This document shows positions 26,560 to 38,563 of a DNA stretch of 64,000 bases, in pieces (position 1 is the first letter of the stretch; every line of letters starts with the position of its first letter). The notes under the pieces are model-generated. The model ran no database searches. It was not told the DNA's origin and saw nothing but the letters and a program-made list of their open reading frames with translations. Source of the stretch: Pristiophorus japonicus. Lineage: Eukaryota. A program made the position numbers and the translations under genes. The stretch lies in the NCBI RefSeq assembly GCF_044704955.1, contig NC_091990.1:40238001-40302000 (forward strand). The letters run 5' to 3'.

Positions 26560-27240
26560 ACAACAACAACTTGTATTTATATAGCACCTTTACCGTTGTA
26601 AAAGATCCAAAGGCACTACACAGGAATATTATAAGACAAAACAATATTCGGCACTGAGCAAAATAAGGAGAAATTAGGGCGGGTGACCGAAAGCTTGGTC
26701 AAAGAGGTAGATTTTAATAAGCGTCTTAAAGGACGATCGAGAGGCAGAGAAGTTTAGGCAGGGAATTCCAGAGCTTAAGGCCGAGGCAACAGAAGGCACA
26801 GCCACCAATGGTTGTGCAATTATAATCAGGGATGCTCAAGAGGGCAGAAATAGAGGAGTGCAGAAATCTCAGGGAGGTTGTGGGGCTGAAGCAGATTACA
26901 GAGCTAGGGATGGGCGAGGCCATGGAGGGATTTGAAAACAAAGATGAGAATTTTTAAATCGAGGCATTGCTCAACCGGGAGCCAATGTAGATCAGCGAGC
27001 ACAGGGGTGATGGGTGAGCGGGACTTGGTGTGAGTTAGGACATGGACAGCCAAGTTTTACATCACCTCAAGTTTATGTGTGGTAGAATGTGGTAGGCCAG
27101 CCAGGAGTGCATTGGAATAGTCACGTCTAGAGGTAACAAAGGCATGGATGAGGGTTTCAGCAGTGGATAAGCTGAGGCAAGGGTGGAGATAGGTGATGTT
27201 ATGGAGGTGGAAATAGGTGGCCTTAGTTATGCCACGGATA
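26560..27240 (-). mobile_element. L2 LINE 3' fragment
   Basis: ETLIHAFVTSRRDYSNALLAGLP motif and (TTG)n tail; reverse-complement match to 37423-38398. Confidence 0.88.
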
Positions 27241-28060
27241 TTCAGGGAGACAGAGGGTAACAAAATGGAGACAGACGCAAAAGATAGAAATGAGAAGAGT
27301 AAAAGTCAAGGGCAGAGAAACCCAAGGCAAAAAACAAAAACGGCCACTTTACAGCAAAATTCTAAAGGGTCAAAGTGTGTTAAAAAGGCAAGCCTGAAGG
27401 CTCTGTGCCTCAGTGCGAGGAGTATTCAGAATAAGGTGGACGAATTAACTGTGCAGATAGCAGTTAACGGATACGATGTGATTGGCATCACGGAGACATG
27501 GCTCCAGGGTGACCAAGGCTGGGAACTCAACATCCAAGCATATTCAACATTTAGAAAAGATAGACAGAAAGGAAAAGGAGGCAGGGTGGCATTGCTGGTT
27601 AAAGAGGATATTAATACAATTGTAAGGAAAGACATTAGCTTGGATGATGTGGAATCGGCATGGGTGGAGCTACGGAGTACCAAAGGGCAGGAAACGCTAG
27701 TGGGAGTTGTGTATAGGCCACCAAATAGAAGTAGTGAGGTTGGGGACAGCATCAAACAAGAAATAAGGGATGTGTCCAATAGAGGTACAGCAGTAATCAT
27801 GGGTGACTTTAATCTCCATATTGATTGGGCTAACCTAACTGGTAGAAATGCAGTGGAGGAGGATTTCCTGGAGTGTATTAGGGATGGTTTTCTAGACCAA
27901 TATATTGAGGAACCAACCAGAGAACTGGTCATCCTAGACTGGGTGATGTGTAATGAGAAGGAATTAATTAGCAATCTTGTTGTGCGAGGCCCCTTGGGGA
28001 AAGTGACCATAATATGTTCGAATTCTTTATTAAGATGGAGAGTGACACAGTTAATTCAGA
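27240..28060 (+). mobile_element. CR1 ORF2 5' fragment (APE endonuclease)
   Basis: ORF 27217-28194 contains IGITETWL, KGGRVALL, VYRPPN and MGDFN. Fused directly to an opposite-strand CR1. Confidence 0.9.
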
Positions 28061-31000
28061 AACTGGTTCTGGACTTCCCCAACATCGGGAACATTCTTCC
28101 TGCATCTAACCTGTCTAAACCCTTCAGAATTTTAAATGTTTCTGTGAGATCCCCTCTCATTCTTCTGATCTCCAGTGAATACAAGCCCAGTTGATCCAGT
28201 CTTTCTTGATAGGTCAGTCCCGCCATCCCGGGAATCAGTCTGGTGAACCTTCGCTGCACTCCCTCAATAGCAAGAATGTCCTTCCTCAGGTTAGGAGACC
28301 AAAACTGTATACAATACTCCAGGTGTGGCCTCACCAAGGCCCTGTACAATTGTAGCAACACCTCCCTGCCCCTATACTCAAATCCCCTCGCTATGAAGGC
28401 CAACATGCCATTTGCTTTCTTAACCGCCTGCTGTACCTGCATGCCAACCTTCAATGACTGATGTACCATGACACCCAGGTCTCGTTGCACCTTCCCTTTT
28501 CCTAATCTGTCACCATTCAGATAATAGTCTGTCTCTCTGTTTTTACCACCAAAGTGGATAACCTCACATTTATCCGCATTATACTTCATCTGCCATGCAT
28601 TTGCCCACTCACCTAACTTATCCAAGTCGCTCTGCAGCCTCATAGCATCCTCCTAGCAGCTCACACTGCCACCCAACTTAGTGTCATCCGCAAATTTGGA
28701 GATACTACATTTAATCCCCTCGTCTAAATCATTAATGTACAGTGTAAACAGCTGGAACCCCAGCACAGAACCTTGCGGTACCCCACTAGTCACTGCTTGC
28801 CATTCTGAAAAGTACCCATTTACTCCTACTCTTTGCTTCCTGTCTGACAACCAGTTCTCAATCCATGTCAGCACACTACCCCCAATCCCATGTGTTTTAA
28901 CTTTGCACATTAATCTCTTGTGTGGGACCTTGTCGAAAGCCTTCTGAAAGTCCAAATATACCACATCAACTGGTTCACCCTTGTCCACTCTACTGGAAAC
29001 ATCCTCAAAAAATTCCAGATGATTTGTCAAGCATGATTTCCCTTTCACAAATCCATGCTGACTTGGACCTATCATGTCACCTCATCTAAATGCGCTGCTA
29101 TGACATCCTTAATAATTGATTCCATCATTTTACCCACTACTGAGGTCAGGCTGACCGGTCTATAATTCCCTGTTTTCTCTCTCCCTCTTTTTTTAAAAAG
29201 TGGGGTTACATTGGCTACCCTCCACTCCATAGGAACTGATCCAGAGTCAATGGAATGTTGGAAAATGACTGTCAATGCATCCGCTATTTCCAAGGCCACC
29301 TCCTTAAGTACTCTGGGGTGCAGTCCATCAGGCCCTGGGGATTTATCGGCCTTCAATCCCATCAATTTCCCCAACACAATTTCCCGACTAATAAGGATTT
29401 CCCTCAGTTCCTCCTCCTTACTAGACCCTCTGATCCCTTTTATATCCGGAAGGTTGTTTGTGTCCTCCTTAGTGAATACCGAACCAAAGTACTTGTTCAA
29501 TTGGTCTGCCATTTCTTTGTTCCCCGTTATGACTTCCACTGATTCTGACTGCAGGCGACCTACGTTTGTCTTTACTAATCTTTTTCTCTTTACATATCTA
29601 TAGAAACTTTTGCAATCCGTCTTAATGTTCCCTGCAAGCTTCTTTTCGTACTCCATTTTCCCTGCCCTAATCAAACCCTTTGTCCTCCTCTGCTGAGTTC
29701 TAAATTTCTCCCAGTCCCCGGGTTCGCTGCTATTTCTGGCCAATTTGTATGCTACTTCCTTGGCTTTAATTCTATCCCTGATTTCCCTTGATAGCCACGG
29801 TTGAGCCACCTTCCCTTTTTTATTTTTACGCCAGACAGGAATGTACAATTGTTGTAGTTCATCCATGCGGTCTCTAAATGTCTGCCATTGCCCAACCACA
29901 GTCAACCCCTTAAGTATCATTCGCCAATCTATCCTAGCCAATTCATGCCTCATACCTTCAAAGTTACCCTTCTTTAAGGTCTGGACCATGGTCTCTGAAT
30001 TAACTGTTTCATTCTCCATCCTGATGCAGAATTCCACCATATTATGGTCACTCTTCCCCAAGGGGCCTCGCACAACGAGATTGCTAATTAATCCTCTCTC
30101 ATTACACAACACCCAGTCTCAGATGGCCTCCCCCTAGTTGGTTCCTCGACATATTGGTCTAGAAAACCATCCCTTATGCACTCCAGGAAATCTTCCTCCA
30201 CCGTATTGCTTCCAGTTTGATTAGCCCAATCTATGTGCATATTAAAGTCATCCATTATAACTGCTGCACCTTTATTGCATGCACCCCTAATTTCCTGTTT
30301 GATGCCCTCCCCAACATCACTACTACTGTTTGGAGGTCTGTACACAACGCCCACTAACGTTTTTTGCTCTTTGGTGTTCTGCAGCTCTACCCATATAGAT
30401 TCCACATCATCCAAGCTAATGTCCTTCCTAACTATTGCATTAATCTCCTCTTTAACCAGCAATGTTACCCCACCTCCTTTTCCTTTTATTCTATCCTTCC
30501 TGAATGTTGAATACCCCTGGATGTTGAGTTCCCAGCCCTGATCATCCTGGTGCCATGTCTCTGTAATCCCAATCACATCATATTTGTTAACATCTATTTG
30601 CACAGTTAATTCATCCACCTTATTACGGATACTCCTTGCATTAAGACACAAAGCCTTCAGGCTTGTTTTTTTAACACCCTTTGTCCTTTTAGAATTTTGC
30701 TGTACAGTGGCCCTTTTTGTTCTTTGCCTTGGGTTTCTCTGCCCTCCACTTTTCCTCATCTCCTTTCTGTCTTTTGCTTTTGTTTCCTTTTTGTTTCCCT
30801 CTGTCTCCCTGCATTAGTTCCCATCCCCCTGCCATATTAGTTTAACTCCTCCCCAATAGCACTAGCAAACACTCCCCCTAGGACATTGGTTCCGGTCCTG
30901 CCCAGGTGCAGACCGTCTGGTTTGTACTGGTCCCACCTCCCCCAGAACCGGTTCCAATGCCCCAGGAATTTGAATCCCTCCCTGCTGCACCACTGTTCAA

Positions 31001-31570
31001 GCCACGTATTCATCTGAGCTATCCTGCGCTTCCTACTCTGACTAGCACGTGGCACTGGTAGCAATCCCGAGATTACTACTTTTGAGGTCCTACTTTTTAA
31101 TTTAGCTCCTAGCTCCTTAAATTCGTCTTGTATGACCTCATCCCTTTTTTTACCTATGTCGTTGGTACCAATGTGCACCACGACAACTGGCTGTTTTCCC
31201 TCCCTTTTCAGAATGTCCTGCACCCGCTCCGAGACATCCTTGACCCTTGCACCAGGGAGGCAACATACCATCCTGGAGTCTCGGTTGCAGCCGCAGAAAC
31301 ACCTATCTATTCCCCTTACAATTGAATCCCCTATCACTATCGCTCTCCCACTCTTTTTCCTGCCCTCCTGTGCAACAGAGCCAGCCATGGTGCCATGAAC
31401 TTGGCTGCTGCTACCCTCTCCTGATGAGTCATCCCTCTCAACAGTACTCAAAGCAGTGTATCTGTTTTGCAGGGGGATGACCACAGGGGACCCCTGCACT
31501 ACCTTCCTTGCACTGCTCTTCCTGCTGGTCTTCCATTCCCTAGCTGGCTGTGGACCCTTTACCAGGCCCC
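28056..31570 (-). mobile_element. CR1 LINE with part of ORF1 and a nearly continuous ORF2; 3' tail missing
   Basis: ORFs 30837-31784 (SGNH esterase), 30088-30759 (APE), 29072-30112, 28653-29075 ([24 protein letters not shown]) and 28056-28643. Confidence 0.95.
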
Positions 31571-32319
31571 CAAAACTGCCACCAAGCTCATGGTCTGCTG
31601 GGCTGGAGTAAACGTGCCTTCTCACCACCTCCTCGTCCCAGTCTGCTTCACTCAACCATCTTTTGTTCTTTATCTCAGCTATTACTTTCAGCCTTCGTGT
31701 TTTTCTCCTTATAATGAGAGGCAAAGCAGGATCTCTCGCCGTCAAATGCCTTATGCTTTTTTCTTTTCCATTTCCATGCTCCACCTTTTTATTACCTGAT
31801 TATATTTGACTTAAAGCGGTATTTAACAGCAGAGCACAGGGCCCCACGACAGAGTGTGTGAAGGTGACTGAAGGTCAGGCGCGAGCTGAGCATTCAAACC
31901 CCAACAGGGAAAGTGCGAGCGGCTGGAGAGAGCGGGAGGAAGTGATTGGAGGATCAGTGAGCTTGAGCGAGAGACAATTGTGTCCTCAACAGTGCACGGC
32001 AAGAAGCACAGGTTACGGCCATTAAATGCCTCAGAGCCCCGGGAATGTCTGACTGGATTTAGACAGTTAGACTGCTGTAAATTCAGCTGTCAGGACATCG
32101 AGGGCACGCGGGAAACTTTCCTGACAGTCAGTCTATCTCTGAGGGGAAGTCCCGATCCGGATCTGGCCTGTGGACCGTATGTTTGAGACCCCTGATCTAC
32201 AGATTTATCGGGATCTGCATTGTAAATCAGAGAGTGAAACAAATATGTCTCTTGGGTTACTGTGGTATACTGTTTTGTGATTGTAAGTGACAAGGACTCC
32301 CTGGTTCTTGCAGCCGAAC

Positions 32320-32530
32320 ACCTGTCTGTGCCGGGATTTCCCTCCCAACTCTCTCCACTTCTCCACCTCTCTCTCCTCCTTGAAGACACTCCTTAAAACC
32401 GATCTCTTTCACCAAGGTTCACCATCTCCTTATGTGACTCGGTGTCAAATTTTGCTTGATAATGCTCCTGTGAAATGCCTTGGAGTGCTTTACTATGTTA
32501 AAGGCGCTATATAAATTCAAGTTGTTGTTG
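32320..32530 (+). mobile_element. L2-type 3' end/SINE tail
   Basis: ctctctctcctccttgaagacactcctta...aagttgttgttg, matching 38200-38398. Confidence 0.7.
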
Positions 32531-33534
32531 GGAATTGCCTTGAATGAATAGACCCCATTGAGCATTAGGACCCAGTAGAATCCTCTCAGTTTGCTATATA
32601 TTCTACAGTAGAGTGACTGCTCGGCTGTTTCTACTGAGATCTGCTGTCATTCAGTGGCTAACTCCAACATATAGCAGGTAATATTTAAAATATTTAAGAG
32701 AAAGTTGATGTAGTGATTCAATGCAGGGTAGCTCTTCTACAGATTACATTTTTAGCGATATTACTTTTCCATAATAATCACTTAAAAAAAATTAGTGCAA
32801 GTATGCACCAATTTATTCATAAAACACCAGTGCATTTCCCTTTGGTATTTCTGTTGATTGGCTCGCTTCTTGTGCGATGCTGAAGCTGAAGGCTGGTACT
32901 TGCCTCTGACAAACCGTAACACTGGCACCAGCAAGTGTAATTCCAACTGCGTCTCTTGTTCAACTATGAGGCCACGCCCAAGGTTTACTGAATAGACACA
33001 GCAACATTTATTACAAAGACTCAACAATACAAATGTCCTGAGGCGATTACATGGGATACTAGAGGATAGATGCTGATCCACTCTCTGTAATGCCTCTCTC
33101 CACAATTTTAGCCGAAGTGTTAACCCATTAATTTCAAATTTTCCGGACACTTGTAGTTCAGACACGTACTTTAATCACATGACAAGTCCACATCTGAATC
33201 ATTGTCATGTGATTAAAGTCCATGATTCAGATGTGGATTTTAACCAGATTCCAAAGAATGTTAAAGGATATTAATAAGTTTCAGAATAAATTGAAAACAG
33301 GCTATAGATTAAATTGCTTAAAGCTAGTTAGTGAGTAAAATATTTGTTCAAATACATTTTGGAAACCAGTGGAAAAAAGAAGGAATTGTGGGCTGTGCCA
33401 TGTGTACAGTCATTGAGCAGGAAGTTCAGCTCGAACATCTGTGAATGTTTTGCAAATCATGGAGATGAAGGAAAGGATAGTAGAATTTGGGACTAAGATT
33501 GAAATATTTGTAGAGATTAGTAAATGCCACAGCT

Positions 33535-34150
33535 TCCTAGAAGATACAGAGATGGGAGGAAAAGCAATGTGTGAGGTGGACACAAAAAATCTGCAAAAGG
33601 ACATAGACAGTGAGTGGGCAAAAATTTGGCAGTTGGAGTATAATGTTGGAAAGTGTGAGGTCATGCACTTTGGCAGAAAAAAATCAAAGAGCAAGTTATT
33701 ATTTAAATGGAGAAAGATTGCAAAGTGCCGCAGTACAGCGGGACCTGGAGGTACTTGTGCATGAAACACAAAAGGATAGTATAAAGGTACAGCAAGTGAC
33801 CAGGAAGGCCAATGGTATCTTGGCCTTTATTGCAACGGGGATGGAGTATAAAAGCAGGGAAGTCTTGCTACAGCTATACAGGGTATTGGTGAGGCCACAC
33901 CTGGAATACTGCGTGCAGTTTTGGTCTCCATATTTACAAAAGGATATACTTGCTTTGGAGGCAGTTCAGAGAAGGTTCACTAGGTTGATTCCGGAGATGA
34001 GGGGGTTGACTTATGAGGAAAGGTTGAGTAGGTTGGGCTTCTGGTCATTGGAATTCAGAAGAATGAGAGGTGATCTTATCGAAACGTATAAGATTATGAG
34101 GGGGCTTGACAAGGTGGATGCAGAGAGGATGGGGGAGCCTAGAACTAGAG
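33535..34150 (+). mobile_element. CR1 RT 3' fragment (same subfamily as 8597-9590)
   Basis: ORF 33610-34161 with LVRPHLEYCVQFWSP and RRMRGDLIETYK. Confidence 0.9.
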
Positions 34151-34225
34151 ACAGAAGATGACTGTTGACCATTATTCATGCAACTTGGGACATGCATGCA
34201 GTGGGTGGGCTGCCAAATTTTGGGT

Positions 34226-34288
34226 TATAAAAAGTGCTGCAAAACAACATTTGGTGTTGCAGACGGGGGCACTTTGGTCATTTGTCAG
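34226..34288 (+). promoter_or_regulatory. Putative TATA promoter and non-coding exon 1 of ISG12 gene 2
   Basis: TATAAAAA at 34226-34233 and a strong donor CAG|GTAAGG at 34288/34289, about 800 bp upstream of the acceptor at 35084. Confidence 0.5.
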
Positions 34289-34432
34289 GTAAGGAGCTGC
34301 GTCTAGTCACCGTCGAACCGACCACTCGCTGGTGTTAGTAAGTATGAGGTTGCCTATGATCACATGAGCTTAAAGTAATGGAATAGATCTGTGCATGCTT
34401 ATTTATAATACAGGATTACCGTGTATAACAGT

Positions 34433-34716
34433 TGTTATATCTTTAGATGTTCTGATAATGACTCCACAAGGCAATGTGTTGTATTTGAACTGTAGTGACC
34501 TTTGTCCATTTAATGTAACTCCAGAGTAAGGATCACACATGGTGGTCTGCCTTTTATACTAGGCCTGGCACACCTGTACAGGTAACCTACAAGTCTCTCA
34601 CTGCAGTGCCCTCTGGTGGCACACTTTAGTGACCATACAGCTGGTGTACAAGTTTCCCATAATAGTGCCCATCATATGTAATAGTACAAGCAGTAAGCAT
34701 GTTTCGATACATGACA
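34433..34716 (-). mobile_element. Solo Gypsy LTR
   Basis: TG...CA, related to the LTRs at 50159-50394 and 53495-53732. 5-bp TSD ACAGT/ACGGT with one mismatch. Confidence 0.8.
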
Positions 34717-35105
34717 ACGGTATTATTAGATTCTTACTTGTAATCTCTTGTTGATTTTAAGAACAGAGAAGTTAGTCCAGAAATCTTTGTCTTGAGTTGT
34801 CAGCTCCACGGGTCCAAACTTGATAAAATGTTGGACGGGGTGAGGGGTAATTCTGCACTTCCTACATCTTTCATCTCCAAAAATTACTGACTTATAACCT
34901 TGTCATAATTAGCTAATTGTACATACATCATGAATTCATGGCAATGTGTTACAATGAAAGAACAATCACAATAAAAATGTGTTTGTGTGTGTGACAGGGA
35001 GGGGGAGATATCTACACTACTTACCCCTACAATGAGGTTTATAGGATTGAGAGTTTAATCAAAGCCTATTTGTTCAGTTTTCAGAGTGCAAATCAGCAGT
35101 TAATC

Positions 35106-35142
35106 ATGGTGTGGAAAGTTGTAGCCGCAGCTGCAGGTGCAG
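35106..35142 (+). CDS. IFI27: ISG12 gene 2, first coding exon (MVWKVVAAAAGA)
   Basis: Acceptor tttcAG at 35083-35084, ATG at 35106, and donor GGTGCAG|GTAAGC identical to gene 1. Confidence 0.85.
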
Positions 35143-38100
35143 GTAAGCACTTCGACCATAAGATAAATCTTTTCTTTAAATAATGGGGCAAAAAAGTGCT
35201 ACTGAAGTGGGTTTAGCTGCAGTGATGCAGGTTACACAAAGTGTGAAGATGCTCTCAAATATTTTATAAAGAATATTAATAGATCTCCCATTGCATCACT
35301 CATTGTTAGTCAGAGGATATTGCCTCCGAGTCAGAAAGTTGTATGTTCAATTCCCACTCCAGAGACTTGAGCACATGACCTAGGCTGATACGTCAGTGTA
35401 GTACTGAGGGAGTGCGGCAGTGTTGGAAGTGCCGTCTTCTGGATGAGCTGGTGAACCGAGGCCCCTTCTGTCCTCTCAGGTGCAAGTGGATCACCAATAA
35501 CCTGTTCACCGATGCTCAATTTAGGTACCGCCAGGGGCTCCAAACCTCGCAACCTCTACCACCCAGCAGGTGCTGACACTTCCAAGTTCCCCTCCAAGTC
35601 GCACACCATCCTGACTTGGAAACACATCGCCGTTCTTTCATCGTCGCTGGATCACCCTCCCGACAGCACTGTGGGTGAATCTTCACCACACGCATTACAA
35701 CAGTTCAAGATAGCAAGTCACCACCACCGAGGACAATTAAGGATGGGCAATAAATGCTGGCCTCACCAGTGATGCCCACGTGACACATGACTAAAACGTC
35801 ATTATCTCATTGCTGTTTGTAGGACCTTGCTGTGTGCAAATTAGCTGCCACATTTCCCTACATCATAACAGCAACTATACTTCAAAAATGTACCTCATTG
35901 GTTGTTAACCACTTTGGGACGTTCTGAGGTTGTGAAAGATGCTATATTAATGCAAGTTCCTTTTTTATGGCTCTCATCTGTCATAGTTGTGTTGCTGTTT
36001 CTCTGTGTCTCATGTTCTGCTTTTTTTCTCTCTCTTTTTTCTGAACTTGGCATTTCTTATGTTTTTGCTGCTGTCTCGATGCTCTTCTGCTCCCTTCTCT
36101 TCTCCTTTTCTTTCAGAAGTGGTGGGTAGGAGGATAGTGTGGCAGCCGGGCCCATTTATTTCCCATCCCTTTCCCCAGCTACTCCTGTCCCTATATCCCC
36201 AGAAACATCATCCAGCAGACGGTTTCCTTGAATGAAACTGGACAACTGACAATGTTTATAATGCTGCAGTCCGTAGCACTATTGTCTGCTTAGAGACAAC
36301 ACACTTCCAACAGGTAGGTGATGTTTCCCTGTAATTCAGTCCACAGCAATACAGCATGAAGCATGAGTTACAGTGGTTGCTGGCTTTTATTCTTGAACTT
36401 TTATTCTTGAACTGTTAATTCTGTGACCTCTAATAGGCTTCAGTGCTATTAAAGGTTGAGGGATAGAATTTCAATGGGGGTTCTCCCAATTATCTGTAAT
36501 AACTTTTGAATATTGGCAGAAACCTATGAGAAATAACGTAAATGACCATCTATATTGCTTCTTTGGCCGTTCAGCCAAAGTTACAGCAGATAATCAGGAG
36601 CACCCCTGTGAAAATTCCAGGCGTGGCACCTTCAGGAAATTTGGAAGAAAGTCTTGGATCTGGATTATTATTACAAATATAATTAATATTCCAAGGTGCT
36701 GGATGGAATATTGTGAGGGAAATAAGCCTTCACTGCAGACAGGACGGATTCTGACATGAAACACTTGTACATTTCAGGCACTAGGTTTATTGTTAAATTG
36801 TCTGAGTGTTGCTCTCACAGTAAACAATCTTATTTGAATCCCTATGTATCACTTGGCCTGTACGAAGCTCCTGTGTATATGTGCTATGTTCAAATGGAAT
36901 GTCGTCTCTTTCAGCTGGTGCTGTTGCTGCTGCTCCTGTGGTTCTGGGAGCAGTGGGATTTACCAGTACTGGAATAGCGGCCGGTTCTACTGCAGCAGGT
37001 ATGATGTCTACGGCCGCTGTCGCCAATGGAGGAGCTGTAGCAGCTGGAAGTCTGGTGGCTGTCCTTCAATCTGCTGGTAAGGTTCAGTTATAAATCATAA
37101 ACATTTCTCAATCTATCTTGTTTAAAGCTTCCCCATTGATGTCTGGCTTTCTCTTAATCCACAATTGCACTGAATACATTATTATATTACACGATTGTCA
37201 TGGATCAATCTTTCAGTACAGTTTTAATAAAAGCAAAAATATACTATAGCAATAATTGTTAATTCCGTTATGTTTTAATCTTGTCAAAATGCTAATGAAA
37301 TATGGGTTGGCTTTGTTGTAAATACAAATAAAGAATCAACTGTTCAGTAGATTATAAAATGGATTGCATCTTTCCCCAGGTTATAGTTCAGCTTTGGAAT
37401 ATAAGACATGTTGATTGTTGATTGACATGTACACTGATGACACCCAGCTCTGCCTCTCCACCACTTCTCGCAACCTCTCCATGGTCTCTAAATTGTCAGA
37501 CTGCTTGTCCAACATCCAGTACTGGATGAGCAGAAATATTATCCAATTAAATATCGGGAAGACCGAAGCCATTGTCTTTGGTCCCCGCCACAAACTGCAT
37601 TCCCTAGCCACCGACTCCATCCTTCTCCCTCGCATCTATTTGAGGCTGAGCCAGACTGTTCGCAACTAGGTGTCATATTTGACCCTGAAATGAGCTTCCA
37701 GCCACATATCCACGGCATAACTAAAACCGCCTATTTCCACCTCACTAATACTGCCCACCTCCGCCCCTGCCTCAGCTCATCTGCTGCTGAAACACTCATC
37801 TATGCCTTTGTTAACTCTAGACTTTACTACTCCAGCACACTCCTGGCTGGCCTCCCACATTCTACCCGACGTAAACTTGAGGTCATTCAAAATTCGGCAG
37901 CTCATGTCCTAACTCGCACCAAGTCCCGCTCACCCATCACCCCTGTGCTCGCTGACCTATATTGGCTCCCGGTTAAGCAATGCCACGATTTCAAAATTCT
38001 CATCCTTGTTTACAAATCTCTCCATGGCCTCACCCCTCCCTATCTCTGTAATCTCCTTCAGGCTCACAACCCCACGAGATGTCTGCGCTTCTCAAATTCT

Positions 38101-38563
38101 GCCCTCTTGAGCATCCCTGATTTATAACTGCCCAACCATCAGTGGCAGTGCCTTCAGCTACCTGGGCCCTAAGCTCTGGAACTCCCTTCCTAAACATCTC
38201 CGCCTCTCTATCTCTCTTTCCTCCTTTAAGACGCTCCTTAAAATAAAGCTCTTTGACCAAGCTTTTGGTCATCTGCTGTAATTTCTTCTTATGTGGCTCG
38301 GTGTCAAATTTATTTATTTCGTCTTATAACGCTGCTGTGAAACACCTTGGGACATTTTACTGTGTTGAAGGCACTATATAAATACAAGTTATTGTTGTGA
38401 ACAATTTCAGGACATCTCAGATTGTGTCCAGTTTATTCACATTTATTTTTTTCTTTCCTTTAAAGGGGCTGCTGGACTCTCTGTAGTTGCCAAAGTTGCT
38501 GTGGGAACTGCAGGTGCTGCCTTAACTTCGATCTTCAGCTTTTGGAAAAAAAAAGTGCCTTAA
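35106..38563 (+). CDS. IFI27: ISG12/IFI27-like gene 2, join(35106-35142,36915-37076,38466-38563), 98 aa
   Basis: Canonical phase-1 introns, 297 nt. Protein MVWKVVAAAAGAAGAVAAAPVVLGAVGFTSTGIAAGSTAAGMMSTAAVANGGAVAAGSLVAVLQSAGAAGLSVVAKVAVGTAGAALTSIFSFWKKKVP. Confidence 0.92.
36915..37076 (+). CDS. IFI27: ISG12 gene 2, 162-nt ISG12-domain exon
   Basis: Same length and phase as 16751-16912; ISG12 motif. Confidence 0.95.
37423..38398 (+). mobile_element. L2 LINE 3' fragment in intron 2 of gene 2
   Basis: YTDDTQL, LNIGKTE and ETLIYAFVNSRLYYSS..ITPVLADLYWLPV motifs; TTG tail. Confidence 0.92.
38466..38563 (+). CDS. IFI27: ISG12 gene 2, last coding exon
   Basis: cctttaaAG acceptor, ends FWKKKVP-TAA; AATAAA at 38637-38642. 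Confidence 0.88.

Noticed and set aside
30837-31784. SGNH/GDSL esterase as a host enzyme gene
   Set aside because: It is CR1 ORF1, present in several CR1 copies here and directly upstream of APE-RT ORF2.
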